A DNA stretch of 64,000 nt, taken from assembly GCA_963664875.1 (NCBI GenBank), contig OY761611.1, positions 2,368,001 to 2,432,000 of the forward strand, given 5' to 3'. The notes beneath the pieces were generated by a model that saw nothing but the letters and a program-made list of their open reading frames with translations, was not told the origin of the DNA and searched no databases. Shown in pieces: positions 53,837 to 63,046 of this stretch. The stretch's first letter is position 1. Every line of letters starts with the position of its first letter. The position numbers and the translations under genes are program-made. This DNA comes from Candidatus Kapaibacterium sp. (GTDB lineage: Bacteria > Bacteroidota > Ignavibacteria > Kapaibacteriales > UBA2268).

Positions 53837-54114
53837 TTGTGCGTGGGTTGTCAGATTATAGCGGAATATGTAAATTATGTAATGATAAATTGAAAAGAAT
53901 GATAGTTTACAAATCTCTCTTAACCAGCAACATCAACCAATAGATGCAACAGTTGTTATATTACTAAATTCTTCTTTCTCAAAGTAGGAGTATCATAGTC
54001 AAGACTCCTTCAGGGGTTTCCTCCTAGAGTTGATAGCCGTTTCGGGTACACCAAAAAAAACTCGGCTACAAATACTTATAGTCGAGTTTTATTCAAATTA
54101 TTCTGTCTGAGTAT

Positions 54115-54744
54115 TTAATTTAATTCGTATTTGTAGAGAGTTTCCTCTCTGACAGTTCCGTATTCTTTATCTTCTATGAATCTATAAGCAATACCAATCC
54201 CAGGAATATATTTTTCGATAAACGTATAATTCGGATCATTTGATATAGATTTTAGCTCCCATGCAAAATGAGTTTTCCCATCTAATTCAAAGTTGCTCTT
54301 TTGGACATTATACTTCCTGGAATCAATATAAATAACTCCTTCTTTTTCGATTTTAGTAATAAAAATCGGACTTGCAGATGTGATTGTATGTTCTTCGATA
54401 CCAGAATCAGAAGTAGAATAAACATAATCATTATACTCAAAGAAGTAATTATTGTCAACAAATTCTGTGGTATCGAGAGGATTGACAAAGTACATGGTAA
54501 ATACATTCATTTTACTGCCTTCGTAAGTGTATTCACCTTTTTGCCTAAATGTGATATAGTATTTAGAGATTCTGTCTTGCTCTTCATTTCCGTTATTTTG
54601 ACGCAAATCCATAAACCACTTATTCCCATCGGCTAAAGGCATCAGAGATTCACTCTGCGTGTCATTTGGAGTAATCGGATCATCATCGTCTCCGCAAGAG
54701 ATAATAAAAAGAGAGAGCAATAAAAATAAAGTGAGTTGTTTCAT
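54115..54744 (-). CDS. Hypothetical lipoprotein, paralog A
   Basis: Lipobox IISC; paralogous to 54762-55388. Confidence 0.8.
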   Translation of the reverse strand: MKQLTLFLLLSLFIISCGDDDDPITPNDTQSESLMPLADGNKWFMDLRQNNGNEEQDRISKYYITFRQKGEYTYEGSKMNVFTMYFVNPLDTTEFVDNNYFFEYNDYVYSTSDSGIEEHTITSASPIFITKIEKEGVIYIDSRKYNVQKSNFELDGKTHFAWELKSISNDPNYTFIEKYIPGIGIAYRFIEDKEYGTVREETLYKYELN

Positions 54745-54761
54745 CTTTGATTCCTTTTAGA

Positions 54762-55388
54762 TTAGTGCAATTCATATTTGTAGAGTTTCTGTTCTCTAAT
54801 ATCTCCTGTTTCTTTGTCTTCCCTGTTTTGAAATACCGGCCCAATTCCGGGTACAAAAACAGACCAATCATTATAAGAAGATGTAGAGTCTTTGGTAATC
54901 ATTTCCCATGCTCTGTGAGTTTTCCCATCAAATTCGTATTCTATTTTTTTAACATCGTAAATAGTACCACCTATATTTTGCAGACCTTCCTTATCAATGT
55001 GAGTTGCAAATGCTATAGAGGCACCTATTATTTTACGCATATCTATATCTGTTTGTTCAGCATAATAAGCATAATTGCCAAATTCAAATATTTTACTAAG
55101 CTCATAAGTATCAGTTGTATCATCAACATCAATCATATACAAGCTATACAGAGTAACAGAATTCCCTTCATAAGTATATTTTCCTTTGCTTTTAAAAGTG
55201 TAGTAGAATTCATAGGTCTCATCCGGATTGCTTAAATTATACTCCTGTAGATGCATATACCACTTATTGCCATCAGCAATTGGCCATAGAGACTCACTCT
55301 GCGTGTCAATCGGAGTAATCGGATCATCATCACCTCCGCAAGAGATTATAAAAAGAGAGAGCAATATAAACAGAGCAAGTTGTTTCAT
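54762..55388 (-). CDS. Hypothetical lipoprotein, paralog B
   Basis: Lipobox IISC; shares PxADGNKW, PGIG and LYKYEL with paralog A. Confidence 0.8.
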   Translation of the reverse strand: MKQLALFILLSLFIISCGGDDDPITPIDTQSESLWPIADGNKWYMHLQEYNLSNPDETYEFYYTFKSKGKYTYEGNSVTLYSLYMIDVDDTTDTYELSKIFEFGNYAYYAEQTDIDMRKIIGASIAFATHIDKEGLQNIGGTIYDVKKIEYEFDGKTHRAWEMITKDSTSSYNDWSVFVPGIGPVFQNREDKETGDIREQKLYKYELH

Positions 55389-55897
55389 TTTTGATTCCTT
55401 ATTTTAATATTCAGTATGAATCTATATATTGATACAAAATAGTAATTCATAAAATAATAAACAAATGTATATTATAATAAATACTGCAAAAACTAAGACC
55501 CAAAATCAAAATCCAAGCTAGTGAAAATAAGAAGCTAACTCATAGATTTTCATAATTTAAATATAATGTTTTATCTTATGGCAAAGGACTTAAACATGCC
55601 TTCAAGCAAAGTTCCTGCTTCGCTTAACTCAGTTAATAAATTTGAGGTGGTGGTCTCCATATTGCTTCGAGGGTAAATTCTGATACTGTTTTGAGTCTTT
55701 CAGTCTCTGGGAAATCCTTCAATCTTCTACATTTCCTTCAACATGCCCTTGATAAACTCACGTTAAGCAAGCATCTTCGACTACAAGCACTCACAAGTAC
55801 AAGCACATAAGGAAACTGAGTAAGTAAAGCGAATAGTTTCTGGCGAGCCTCGTTTGGAGGTTTCCGCTCCATAGAAAATAAACATACTGAGCACATA

Positions 55898-55936
55898 TAA
55901 ACGGGATGTGCCTTTCAGTGCTCATCCCTGATAGTT
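55898..55936 (+). repeat. 39-bp palindromic direct repeat, copy 2
   Basis: Identical to 53798-53836, exactly 2100 bp away. Confidence 0.9.
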
Positions 55937-56050
55937 AAATATGTTTTTTATCGAAAGATTTTGATATGATGTAGAAGAATAAAATATCGTTTGTTGTGAT
56001 TTAAGTTTTCATCCAGATATTGATACATCCAAAATATTTGGGTATATATT

Positions 56051-56665
56051 CTACTCTACCTCTTCCAATAGCTCAGAATTATACATTTCGCTTGGGGCTA
56101 TCATCAGAGAGTCGTATGGGATATTTCTGCCATATCGTTCTTTCATGATTTGCTGAACTGTAGGCGAATTCAAATCAAAATCTCTCAGTTTGCGGAGTTT
56201 GCCTATTTCTAATCCGGTTGCTTCTTTGTATATCTTCCAAACATATTCTGAGCAGTACATTTTCTCTTCGTCCATGCTAAACATTATATCATAGGGTTTG
56301 CCGAGGTGGCTTTCTGCAATTTTCTGCATCTTAGCAATAACTTCCGGAGTCAGCACTTCACTTGCATTTTTCAGCCTCATAACCTGGAAGTAAGGCCGAG
56401 CTCCCCTATTCAAATAAGAATTTATTTCTGTAATTTGCACGGGAGAAATGGCTTCGTAAACACGCAACTTACCATCTTTTTCGAGCACGATACCAACATG
56501 ACTGAATTTAGAATTAGTCGCTATGTGTATAGCGTCGCTCTGGTCAGAGGGGAAAGTCTGAAAGATTAAATCTCCGTTCTGTAGTTTTTTGGTATCTATA
56601 GTGCTCGCACATGCAGATAGAATCAGTGCAATAGTAGCAATTAGAGCATATAATTTAGTTCGCAT
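56051..56665 (-). CDS. YiiX/YebB-like permuted papain-like (NlpC/P60) lipoprotein
   Basis: GDLIFQ, SHVGI, GKPYD, YCSEYVWK; lipobox LSAC. Confidence 0.9.
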   Translation of the reverse strand: MRTKLYALIATIALILSACASTIDTKKLQNGDLIFQTFPSDQSDAIHIATNSKFSHVGIVLEKDGKLRVYEAISPVQITEINSYLNRGARPYFQVMRLKNASEVLTPEVIAKMQKIAESHLGKPYDIMFSMDEEKMYCSEYVWKIYKEATGLEIGKLRKLRDFDLNSPTVQQIMKERYGRNIPYDSLMIAPSEMYNSELLEEVE

Positions 56666-56677
56666 GATAGTACCTCT

Positions 56678-57289
56678 TTATTTTACTTCTACTAATAGTT
56701 CAGAATTAAACATATCGCCGGGTGAAATCATCTTTTCATTGTAAGGAATGTTGTTGCCATACCTTTCTTTTAAGATACGTTGTAATGTTTCTGAAGTTAA
56801 GTCAAAATCTTTAAGCGGTCTAAGTTTACCTATTTCTAATCCGGTAGCTTTTTTATAGATTTTCCAGAGATATTCCGAGCAAAACATCTTCGAGTCTGAC
56901 CAATTGAAATACATATCGTAGCCCTTGCCGAGTTCCTTTTTGGCGAGAGATTCCATTTTCTTCAGCACATTATCAGTAATTACTTTATCAGCATTTTTGA
57001 GTCTTTTGACTACATAATCACTACCCTTACCACGGTTGATATAAGTATCAATATCCACAATCTGCACAGGCGAAACTGCTTCATATACAAACAACTCCCC
57101 ATCCTTTTTAAATACCATCCCTACGTGACTATACTTCGATTTAGTTGCCAGCTGAATAGGAACGCTCTGCCTCGACGTTGAAGTTTGGAAAATCAAATCA
57201 CCGCTTTGCAGCTTATCGAGACTAATGTTGTTATTGCTGCAAGCTGTGATGATAAAGAGAGAGATTAAGATATATAAAATATGTTTCAT
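56678..57289 (-). CDS. YiiX/YebB-like permuted papain-like lipoprotein, tandem paralog
   Basis: GDLIFQ, SHVGM, FCSEYLWK; lipobox ITAC. Confidence 0.9.
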   Translation of the reverse strand: MKHILYILISLFIITACSNNNISLDKLQSGDLIFQTSTSRQSVPIQLATKSKYSHVGMVFKKDGELFVYEAVSPVQIVDIDTYINRGKGSDYVVKRLKNADKVITDNVLKKMESLAKKELGKGYDMYFNWSDSKMFCSEYLWKIYKKATGLEIGKLRPLKDFDLTSETLQRILKERYGNNIPYNEKMISPGDMFNSELLVEVK

Positions 57290-57337
57290 GTTATTACCTG
57301 TTGGTTTTGTTTGATTATGTGTTTAGAGCCTGGACTT

Positions 57338-57432
57338 CACCTCGTTCCGCTCGGTAAAAAAACGGGGGATCAGGTGGCGTGTTGTCCACATAGGGCGCTG
57401 CCCTATGCTACTGATTTGAGGCTTTCAGCCTC
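57338..57432. repeat. REP-like hairpin unit A at the 3' end of tnpA
   Basis: CATAGGGCGCTGCCCTATG and GAGGCTTTCAGCCTC hairpins; unit recurs at 57984-58076 and 58215-58306. Confidence 0.88.
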
Positions 57433-57884
57433 TAATCCCATAAATATTTAGGATTATAATCAACATTCAATTTTTTGAGTATTGCCAATAGTTCTTGTTT
57501 GAAATCGAATCTTTTATGATGTTCATTCTGATGGATGATATAGGAACTGATTTCTTCTATTTGTGAAACATGTACCGAAAAAGCACCATATCCGTCTTGC
57601 CAATAAAATGTACTATATTTTTGATTTTTGTCTTTAATCCATTTTGAAGATGATTTTTTAATTTCTTCAACCAACTTTGCAATTGTTAAATTTTTTGATA
57701 ACATACACAGGATATGTACATGATCTCTTTCTCCCCCGATTTTGACCGGATTACATTTTAAATTTTTACAAATTCCACCAATATAATCATGTAATTCATT
57801 TTCAATAGCTACATCAATTAGTTTTTCTCGGTGTTTTGTACTGAAAACGATATGCAGATAGACTTCAGTAAGTGATTGACTCAT
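57432..57884 (-). mobile_element. tnpA: Y1 HUH transposase, IS200/IS605 TnpA-like (REP-associated, RAYT-type)
   Basis: HIVFSTKHR, HUH motif DHVHIL, KKSSSKW, WQDGYGAFSV, YIIHQNEHH; no tnpB; flanked by palindromes. Confidence 0.9.
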
Positions 57885-57911
57885 ATTTGTATTTCCTATA
57901 ATTAGCAATAT

Positions 57912-58306
57912 CAGCCTGAAAGGCTGTAATCAGTAGCACAGGGTGAAGCCCTGTAAGGGCGTAATCCATAAATTAAATTACTACACCTCGCTCTGCTCGG
58001 TAAGAAACGGGGGTGTGGCTGTGTCTCTACCACATAGGGCGTTGCCCTACGCTACTGATTTGAGGCTTTCAGCCTCAATATAATATCTAATACAATTTTT
58101 CTATCTTCAGCCTGAAAGGCTGACATCAGTAGCACAGGGTGAAACCCTGTGACAGAGATTTTCACCCGATTTATATAAGCCCTGTAAGGGCGTAATCCTA
58201 ATCTCAAATCACGACATCTCGCTCCGCTTGGTAAAAATGGGTTTGTGGTGGTGTCCCTTTTACATAGGGCGCTGCCCTATGCTACTGATTTGAGGCTTTC
58301 AGCCTC
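57912..58306. repeat. Two tandem REPIN-like inverted pairs upstream of tnpA
   Basis: Forward units 57912-57967 and 58108-58198 face inverted units 57984-58076 and 58215-58306. Confidence 0.85.
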
Positions 58307-58353
58307 TACTTATCTGTTTTTAGGCTAAAGTTTTTGCATTCATTAGAGTAATC

Positions 58354-58779
58354 CTATATCTTTACTTTTTCAATATTTTCTACACGAAGCCAGTCGTCCA
58401 TGTTGCCGAAATCGGATTTGTCAAAGGAGAAAGGTTCTATTTCCCGGAAATTCTCAATGCTAATCAGGCAAAGGTATCTTTTTCCGGCGAAACGTTTCAT
58501 TAGCTTAGCGTCTAATTGGAGCATGGGTTGCAACTTTTCAACAATTTCTATTGACTCTTCCGGCTCGAGTTTGTTTGTAAATATGGTGTCACTCACTTGA
58601 GACACAGCTTTGACTATTCCATCTCCGTTGTTTTCAGTGAAGTAAAGAGTGTCGCCAATATCAACTCTCTCGTATGGCATTTTTCTGCCCATTGCACCTC
58701 GGATAATCATTGTTTTCTTCCCGGCAATTAGATTATCCAGTTCTTTTGCTTTTTTGTCTAAATAAACTATATGTTCCAT
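58354..58779 (-). CDS. ASCH/PUA-like domain protein
   Basis: LIAGKKTMIIRG...GDTLYF resembles the ASCH GxKxxxxR signature; GGAG RBS. Confidence 0.6.
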   Translation of the reverse strand: MEHIVYLDKKAKELDNLIAGKKTMIIRGAMGRKMPYERVDIGDTLYFTENNGDGIVKAVSQVSDTIFTNKLEPEESIEIVEKLQPMLQLDAKLMKRFAGKRYLCLISIENFREIEPFSFDKSDFGNMDDWLRVENIEKVKI

Positions 58780-59372
58780 GACATCTCCAATATTTCTTTC
58801 ACTTTAAAATACGCTATAATATAGTAAAAGTTTTCAGTTAATTTATATATTATAGACATAAAATATAAGTATGATTAAGTAAAAGTTCTTTCAAGGTTTT
58901 GGTTTTCTGCATAAGGGTCAGGATGTGAGGAATGTTTAGCTTGGTTTAGGCAATTTTTTACGTTCTCTCAGAGTTAATCAGTTCGATATTAAATGATAAA
59001 AGAATATTGAACAAAAAATATCCTTGAAAAGAAAATTATTAACCTATTTTTTAGCAAATATCGCTCATTATTCGTATATTGTTGAGTGTATTATAGGATC
59101 CGTGTATTATCGCTAAATATGTGTTAGTATTGGATTTTACTTTGATTTTATAGGGACTGTCTAAGAAGTAGAAACAGCATTATAACAAGTTAGATAGTGG
59201 TAGTAACCACCGTATTTCGATTCTTTGCTCAAGCTCAGTATATAATTTTGCTTATTTAGAGTCAATCTCGAAGAGAAGAGCAAACAAGATTACTTTTGCA
59301 CACTTCATAACTTTCATGACTTCCCAAAAATGGAAATACTCTTTATATATAAATAAATTCCGAAGGTAAGCT

Positions 59373-61295
59373 ATGTATGACTTCAAGTTTAAACCTTTCG
59401 AGGAAATGACGCCCGAGGACTACGCAAAAGTTGGTTTTAAATCCGGTTTGGAGGTGCACCAGCAGCTTCTTACTGAAAAGAAACTATTTTGCCGTTGCCC
59501 TGCCGGTCATTATAACAATCATAAATACCATGCTGAGATTTTGCGACACATGCGGCCGACTCTTTCAGAGCTCGGTGAATATGACGGCACTGCTTTGATG
59601 GAATTCAAAACCAAAAAGGAAATACTTTATCGCATCAATTACGATACTGTTTGTACTTATGAAATGGATGATACTCCTCCGTTTCAGATTAACGATCAGG
59701 CTCTTGATATTGCTATTGAAATAGGTATGATTTATGACGCTACGATTGTGAATGAACTTCATATAGCAAGAAAGCAATACCTCGATGGATCTATTCCTAC
59801 CGGATTCCAAAGGACAGCTATCACCTGCGTTGGTGGTTCTATTCCATTTAAAGACAGAAAAATCAACCTCATCCAGATGTCTATCGAAGAAGATTCCTGC
59901 CGCGAATTTAGCGATCAGGGACACACTCGTATTTATCTTACTGATAGATTAGGCATGCCACTCATCGAAACTGTAACAGAACCTGAAATGAAAACTCCTC
60001 AGGAAGTTGCTGAAGTAAATGAAATCATCAGACGCATAGCACGCTCTACCGGTCATGTTCGCACAGGTATCGGTGCTGGTCGCCAAGATGTTAACGTTTC
60101 TGTTACAGGTGGAACCCGTATCGAAATCAAAGGTGTTCATAAAATCAAAAATATACCAAGATTGACATATAACGAAGCTATGAGGCAGTGGAATCTCCTT
60201 AGACTTAGAGAAGAGCTTGCCAATCGTGGAGTAACTGAAGAGACTTTCGAAGCAAACTACAAAGATGTAACTAAACATTTACGTAAAACCCGATTCCAAA
60301 TAATCAAAGATGCTATCGATGCCGGGAAAATAGTAAATTGTGTCAGACTAAAGGGCTTTAAAGACTTACTCAAGTGGCAAACTCAGACCGATACTGTCTT
60401 CTCTAAAGAGTTATCTGACAGAGTAAGGGTAATAGCCTGTCTTTCAGAATTACCGAATATAATCCATTCGGACAGTCCATCTGAAAAGCTTTCTTCTTAT
60501 GAATGGAGCTCTTTGAAAAAATCAGTTGGTGCTACCGATAAAGATACAATCGTACTTGTTTGGGGTAGCGAAGAAGATGCGGAAACCGGAGCTAAAGAAA
60601 TTATCATCAGAGCCAAAGAAGCAACTATCGGCATTCCGTCTGAAACAAGACAGGCTCTTATTGACGGAACTACCGGTTTTGAGCGTATTCTCCCCGGCCC
60701 TGAAAGGATGTATCCTGATACGGATCTTCCTCCTAAAACTATTTCAGCTGAAAGATTGCAAAGAATAAAAGACTCTCTGACTGAGCCATATTGGGAAAGA
60801 GAAGCCAAATATTATAGCTTAGGTGTGCCGGAAGATTCTATCAAGTCCTTAGCCATTTCGCCTTTTTCTGCAACTTTCGATAAGATAGTAGCGATGGGAG
60901 TAGATGCAAAACTTGCTGCAGTTGCTTTGACTCAGTTTGTCAAACGTCTAAACAAAAAAGGTTACGAAACAGAATACCTTACTGAGGAGCATTTCCTAAA
61001 TATTTTTGAATTGTTCAAAAGCGGAAAATTAGCTAAAGATGGTATTTATGATGCAATCAAAAGAGCGATAGTTTTAGGAGAAGTATCATCTCATAATTTG
61101 CCTGAAAAATGCTCCGAATCTGAAATGAAAGGCAGAATCAACGAAGCAAAAGAATTGATGAATAAAATACGAATCAAATATCCTGACAAAAAAGGTAAAA
61201 TATTTATGGGCTCTATCATGAAAAAGCTTCGTGGCAGAGTTGATGGAGTTGAAATACTCAAACTTGTTAATGAATTTAAGCCGGAGGAAGTATAA
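59373..61295 (+). CDS. gatE: Glu-tRNA(Gln) amidotransferase subunit GatE
   Basis: GLEVHQQL, KLFC, RPTLSELGEYD, DGSIPTGFQRT, EEDS, DRLGMPLIE, RQDVNVS, central AspRS-like insertion, RMYPDTD. Confidence 0.93.
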   Translation: MYDFKFKPFEEMTPEDYAKVGFKSGLEVHQQLLTEKKLFCRCPAGHYNNHKYHAEILRHMRPTLSELGEYDGTALMEFKTKKEILYRINYDTVCTYEMDDTPPFQINDQALDIAIEIGMIYDATIVNELHIARKQYLDGSIPTGFQRTAITCVGGSIPFKDRKINLIQMSIEEDSCREFSDQGHTRIYLTDRLGMPLIETVTEPEMKTPQEVAEVNEIIRRIARSTGHVRTGIGAGRQDVNVSVTGGTRIEIKGVHKIKNIPRLTYNEAMRQWNLLRLREELANRGVTEETFEANYKDVTKHLRKTRFQIIKDAIDAGKIVNCVRLKGFKDLLKWQTQTDTVFSKELSDRVRVIACLSELPNIIHSDSPSEKLSSYEWSSLKKSVGATDKDTIVLVWGSEEDAETGAKEIIIRAKEATIGIPSETRQALIDGTTGFERILPGPERMYPDTDLPPKTISAERLQRIKDSLTEPYWEREAKYYSLGVPEDSIKSLAISPFSATFDKIVAMGVDAKLAAVALTQFVKRLNKKGYETEYLTEEHFLNIFELFKSGKLAKDGIYDAIKRAIVLGEVSSHNLPEKCSESEMKGRINEAKELMNKIRIKYPDKKGKIFMGSIMKKLRGRVDGVEILKLVNEFKPEEV

Positions 61296-62686
61296 TGTCT
61301 ATGAATGAAGATTATAAAGGCTATCGCGGTGCCGGATTAGAGTTATTGATGAAATACGATGCTCTGATTTGGAGTGATGTCAGATTAAAAACTTCCGACG
61401 AAAGAACTCATATCGGTCTTATCTTGCCAAGAGCTGAGCAGGCTGACGAGTTCCATATTGTTTTGAAACTTCGTACCGGCTATAATATCGGTATCCATGT
61501 TGATAATATACTCAACATCGAAGTAGTTGGCAGAAAAGTAGCTAATTACAAAATTCCTGAGCAGGAATTCCCGTATTCACCTAAAAAGCCAAGAGTCAAA
61601 CTTTTTGGTACCGGCGGTACGATTGCCAGCCGTCTTGATTACAGAACCGGTGCCGTTATCCCTGCATTCTCTCCGGGAGAACTTTACGGTTCTGTGCCTG
61701 AGCTTGCAGATTACTGTAACTTGGAAACCGAAAAACTTTATGGCGTATTCTCTGAAAATATGGGACCTGACCAGTGGATAGGCACTGCTCAGGCTATTGC
61801 AAAAGAAATTGAGCAAGGTGTAAAAGGTATTGTTATCGGTCATGGTACTGACACAATGCACCATACAGCAGCAGCTCTTACATTTATGCTCCAAAACACA
61901 CCTGTTCCGATAGTAATGGTAGGCTCTCAGCGTTCATCTGACAGACCTTCTTCAGATGCGGCTCTTAACCTGATTCACAGTGTAAAAACTGCTGCGGAAT
62001 CTGATATAGCAGAAGTAATGGTTTGTATGTTTGGGCCTACTTCAGATGAATACGGTTTGCTTCATAGAGGTACCAGAGTTAGAAAAATGCACTCTTCCTA
62101 CCGCTCTACTTTCAGAACCATCGGAGATATTCCGCTTGCGATGGTTAACAAAGAGGCTATCAGCCCATTGAGAGAGGATTATTCAAGAAGAAGAAGAGAT
62201 AAAGAATTCAAACTTATTCCTACTTTTGAAAACAAAGTTACTATTGTTTATTACTATCCGAATATGCAGCCGGACATCATCGATGCTTTGATTGATAACG
62301 GCTACAAAGGCATAGTAATAGCAGGCACCGGTCTTGGACACGTTAATAAACCGCTTTACCCGGCGCTAAAACGTGCTCAGGAAAAAGGAGTTCAGGTTTA
62401 CATGACGGTACAGACTCTTTGGGGCTATGTGCAGATGTATGTTTACGAAACAGGCAGGGAGATGATGGAGCTGGGAGTAATTCCTTTAGCAAATATGCTT
62501 CCTGAAGTTGCGTATATCAAACTTGGCTGGGCTTTAGGTCAAACTCAGGATGCAGAAGAAGTCAAAAAACTAATGCTTACTCCTGTCAATGGAGAGATTA
62601 CAGAAAGAGAGCCATCGAATGGCTATCTCGTATATCAGGGTGGCATTCCTGAAGTGGAAGAGTTTATAGCGAAGTTTAGGAAATAA
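61295..62686 (+). CDS. gatD: Glu-tRNA(Gln) amidotransferase subunit GatD (asparaginase-like glutaminase)
   Basis: N-terminal KLRTGYNIG domain, TGGTIASRLDYRTGAV, HGTDTM, GSQRSSDRPSSD, MLPEVAYIKL. Confidence 0.93.
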   Translation: MSMNEDYKGYRGAGLELLMKYDALIWSDVRLKTSDERTHIGLILPRAEQADEFHIVLKLRTGYNIGIHVDNILNIEVVGRKVANYKIPEQEFPYSPKKPRVKLFGTGGTIASRLDYRTGAVIPAFSPGELYGSVPELADYCNLETEKLYGVFSENMGPDQWIGTAQAIAKEIEQGVKGIVIGHGTDTMHHTAAALTFMLQNTPVPIVMVGSQRSSDRPSSDAALNLIHSVKTAAESDIAEVMVCMFGPTSDEYGLLHRGTRVRKMHSSYRSTFRTIGDIPLAMVNKEAISPLREDYSRRRRDKEFKLIPTFENKVTIVYYYPNMQPDIIDALIDNGYKGIVIAGTGLGHVNKPLYPALKRAQEKGVQVYMTVQTLWGYVQMYVYETGREMMELGVIPLANMLPEVAYIKLGWALGQTQDAEEVKKLMLTPVNGEITEREPSNGYLVYQGGIPEVEEFIAKFRK

Positions 62687-62691
62687 TTTAT

Positions 62692-62732
62692 ATTTCTCAA
62701 CCGTGGGGTTTACTTCCCCATGGTTGAGAAAT
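62692..62732 (+). terminator. Strong hairpin after gatD
   Basis: ATTTCTCAACCGTGGGG...CCCCATGGTTGAGAAAT. Confidence 0.8.
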
Positions 62733-63046
62733 TGTTAGGCATTGTTTTCTTTAGATTATTCGAACATCTCACAGCAACATCTCTTACCCTGTTGTCTTGA
62801 CTACTGCTCTTATGTCTATCCGAAATCTTTTTTTATATTTAAAAACCTTCAAAGCAAAAAAAAAAAGTAAATGCGCTTAGTTACATAGAACCAAAAATAC
62901 ATTTACCCCAAAAATGTCATTAGCGATAATCTCTAATGACTGTCATTAGAAAAAAGAAGATATAACATGTTGATAAATAGTGTTTTAGCAGATATTAAAA
63001 AAAGTCTATATTAGGAAAACAGATGTAAGAAAATCTTACGAAAAAT

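Noticed and set aside
55560-55760. Possible gene remnant on the minus strand
   Set aside because: Only short frames interrupted by stops, with no recognisable family motif
57338-58306. Possible CRISPR array
   Set aside because: Units alternate in orientation, vary in length, lack regular unique spacers, and there are no cas genes in the window
58780-59372. T-box or other riboswitch in the long gatE upstream region
   Set aside because: No GGTGGNACC T-box motif or recognisable aptamer; only a small GTGGT-AGTA-ACCAC hairpin
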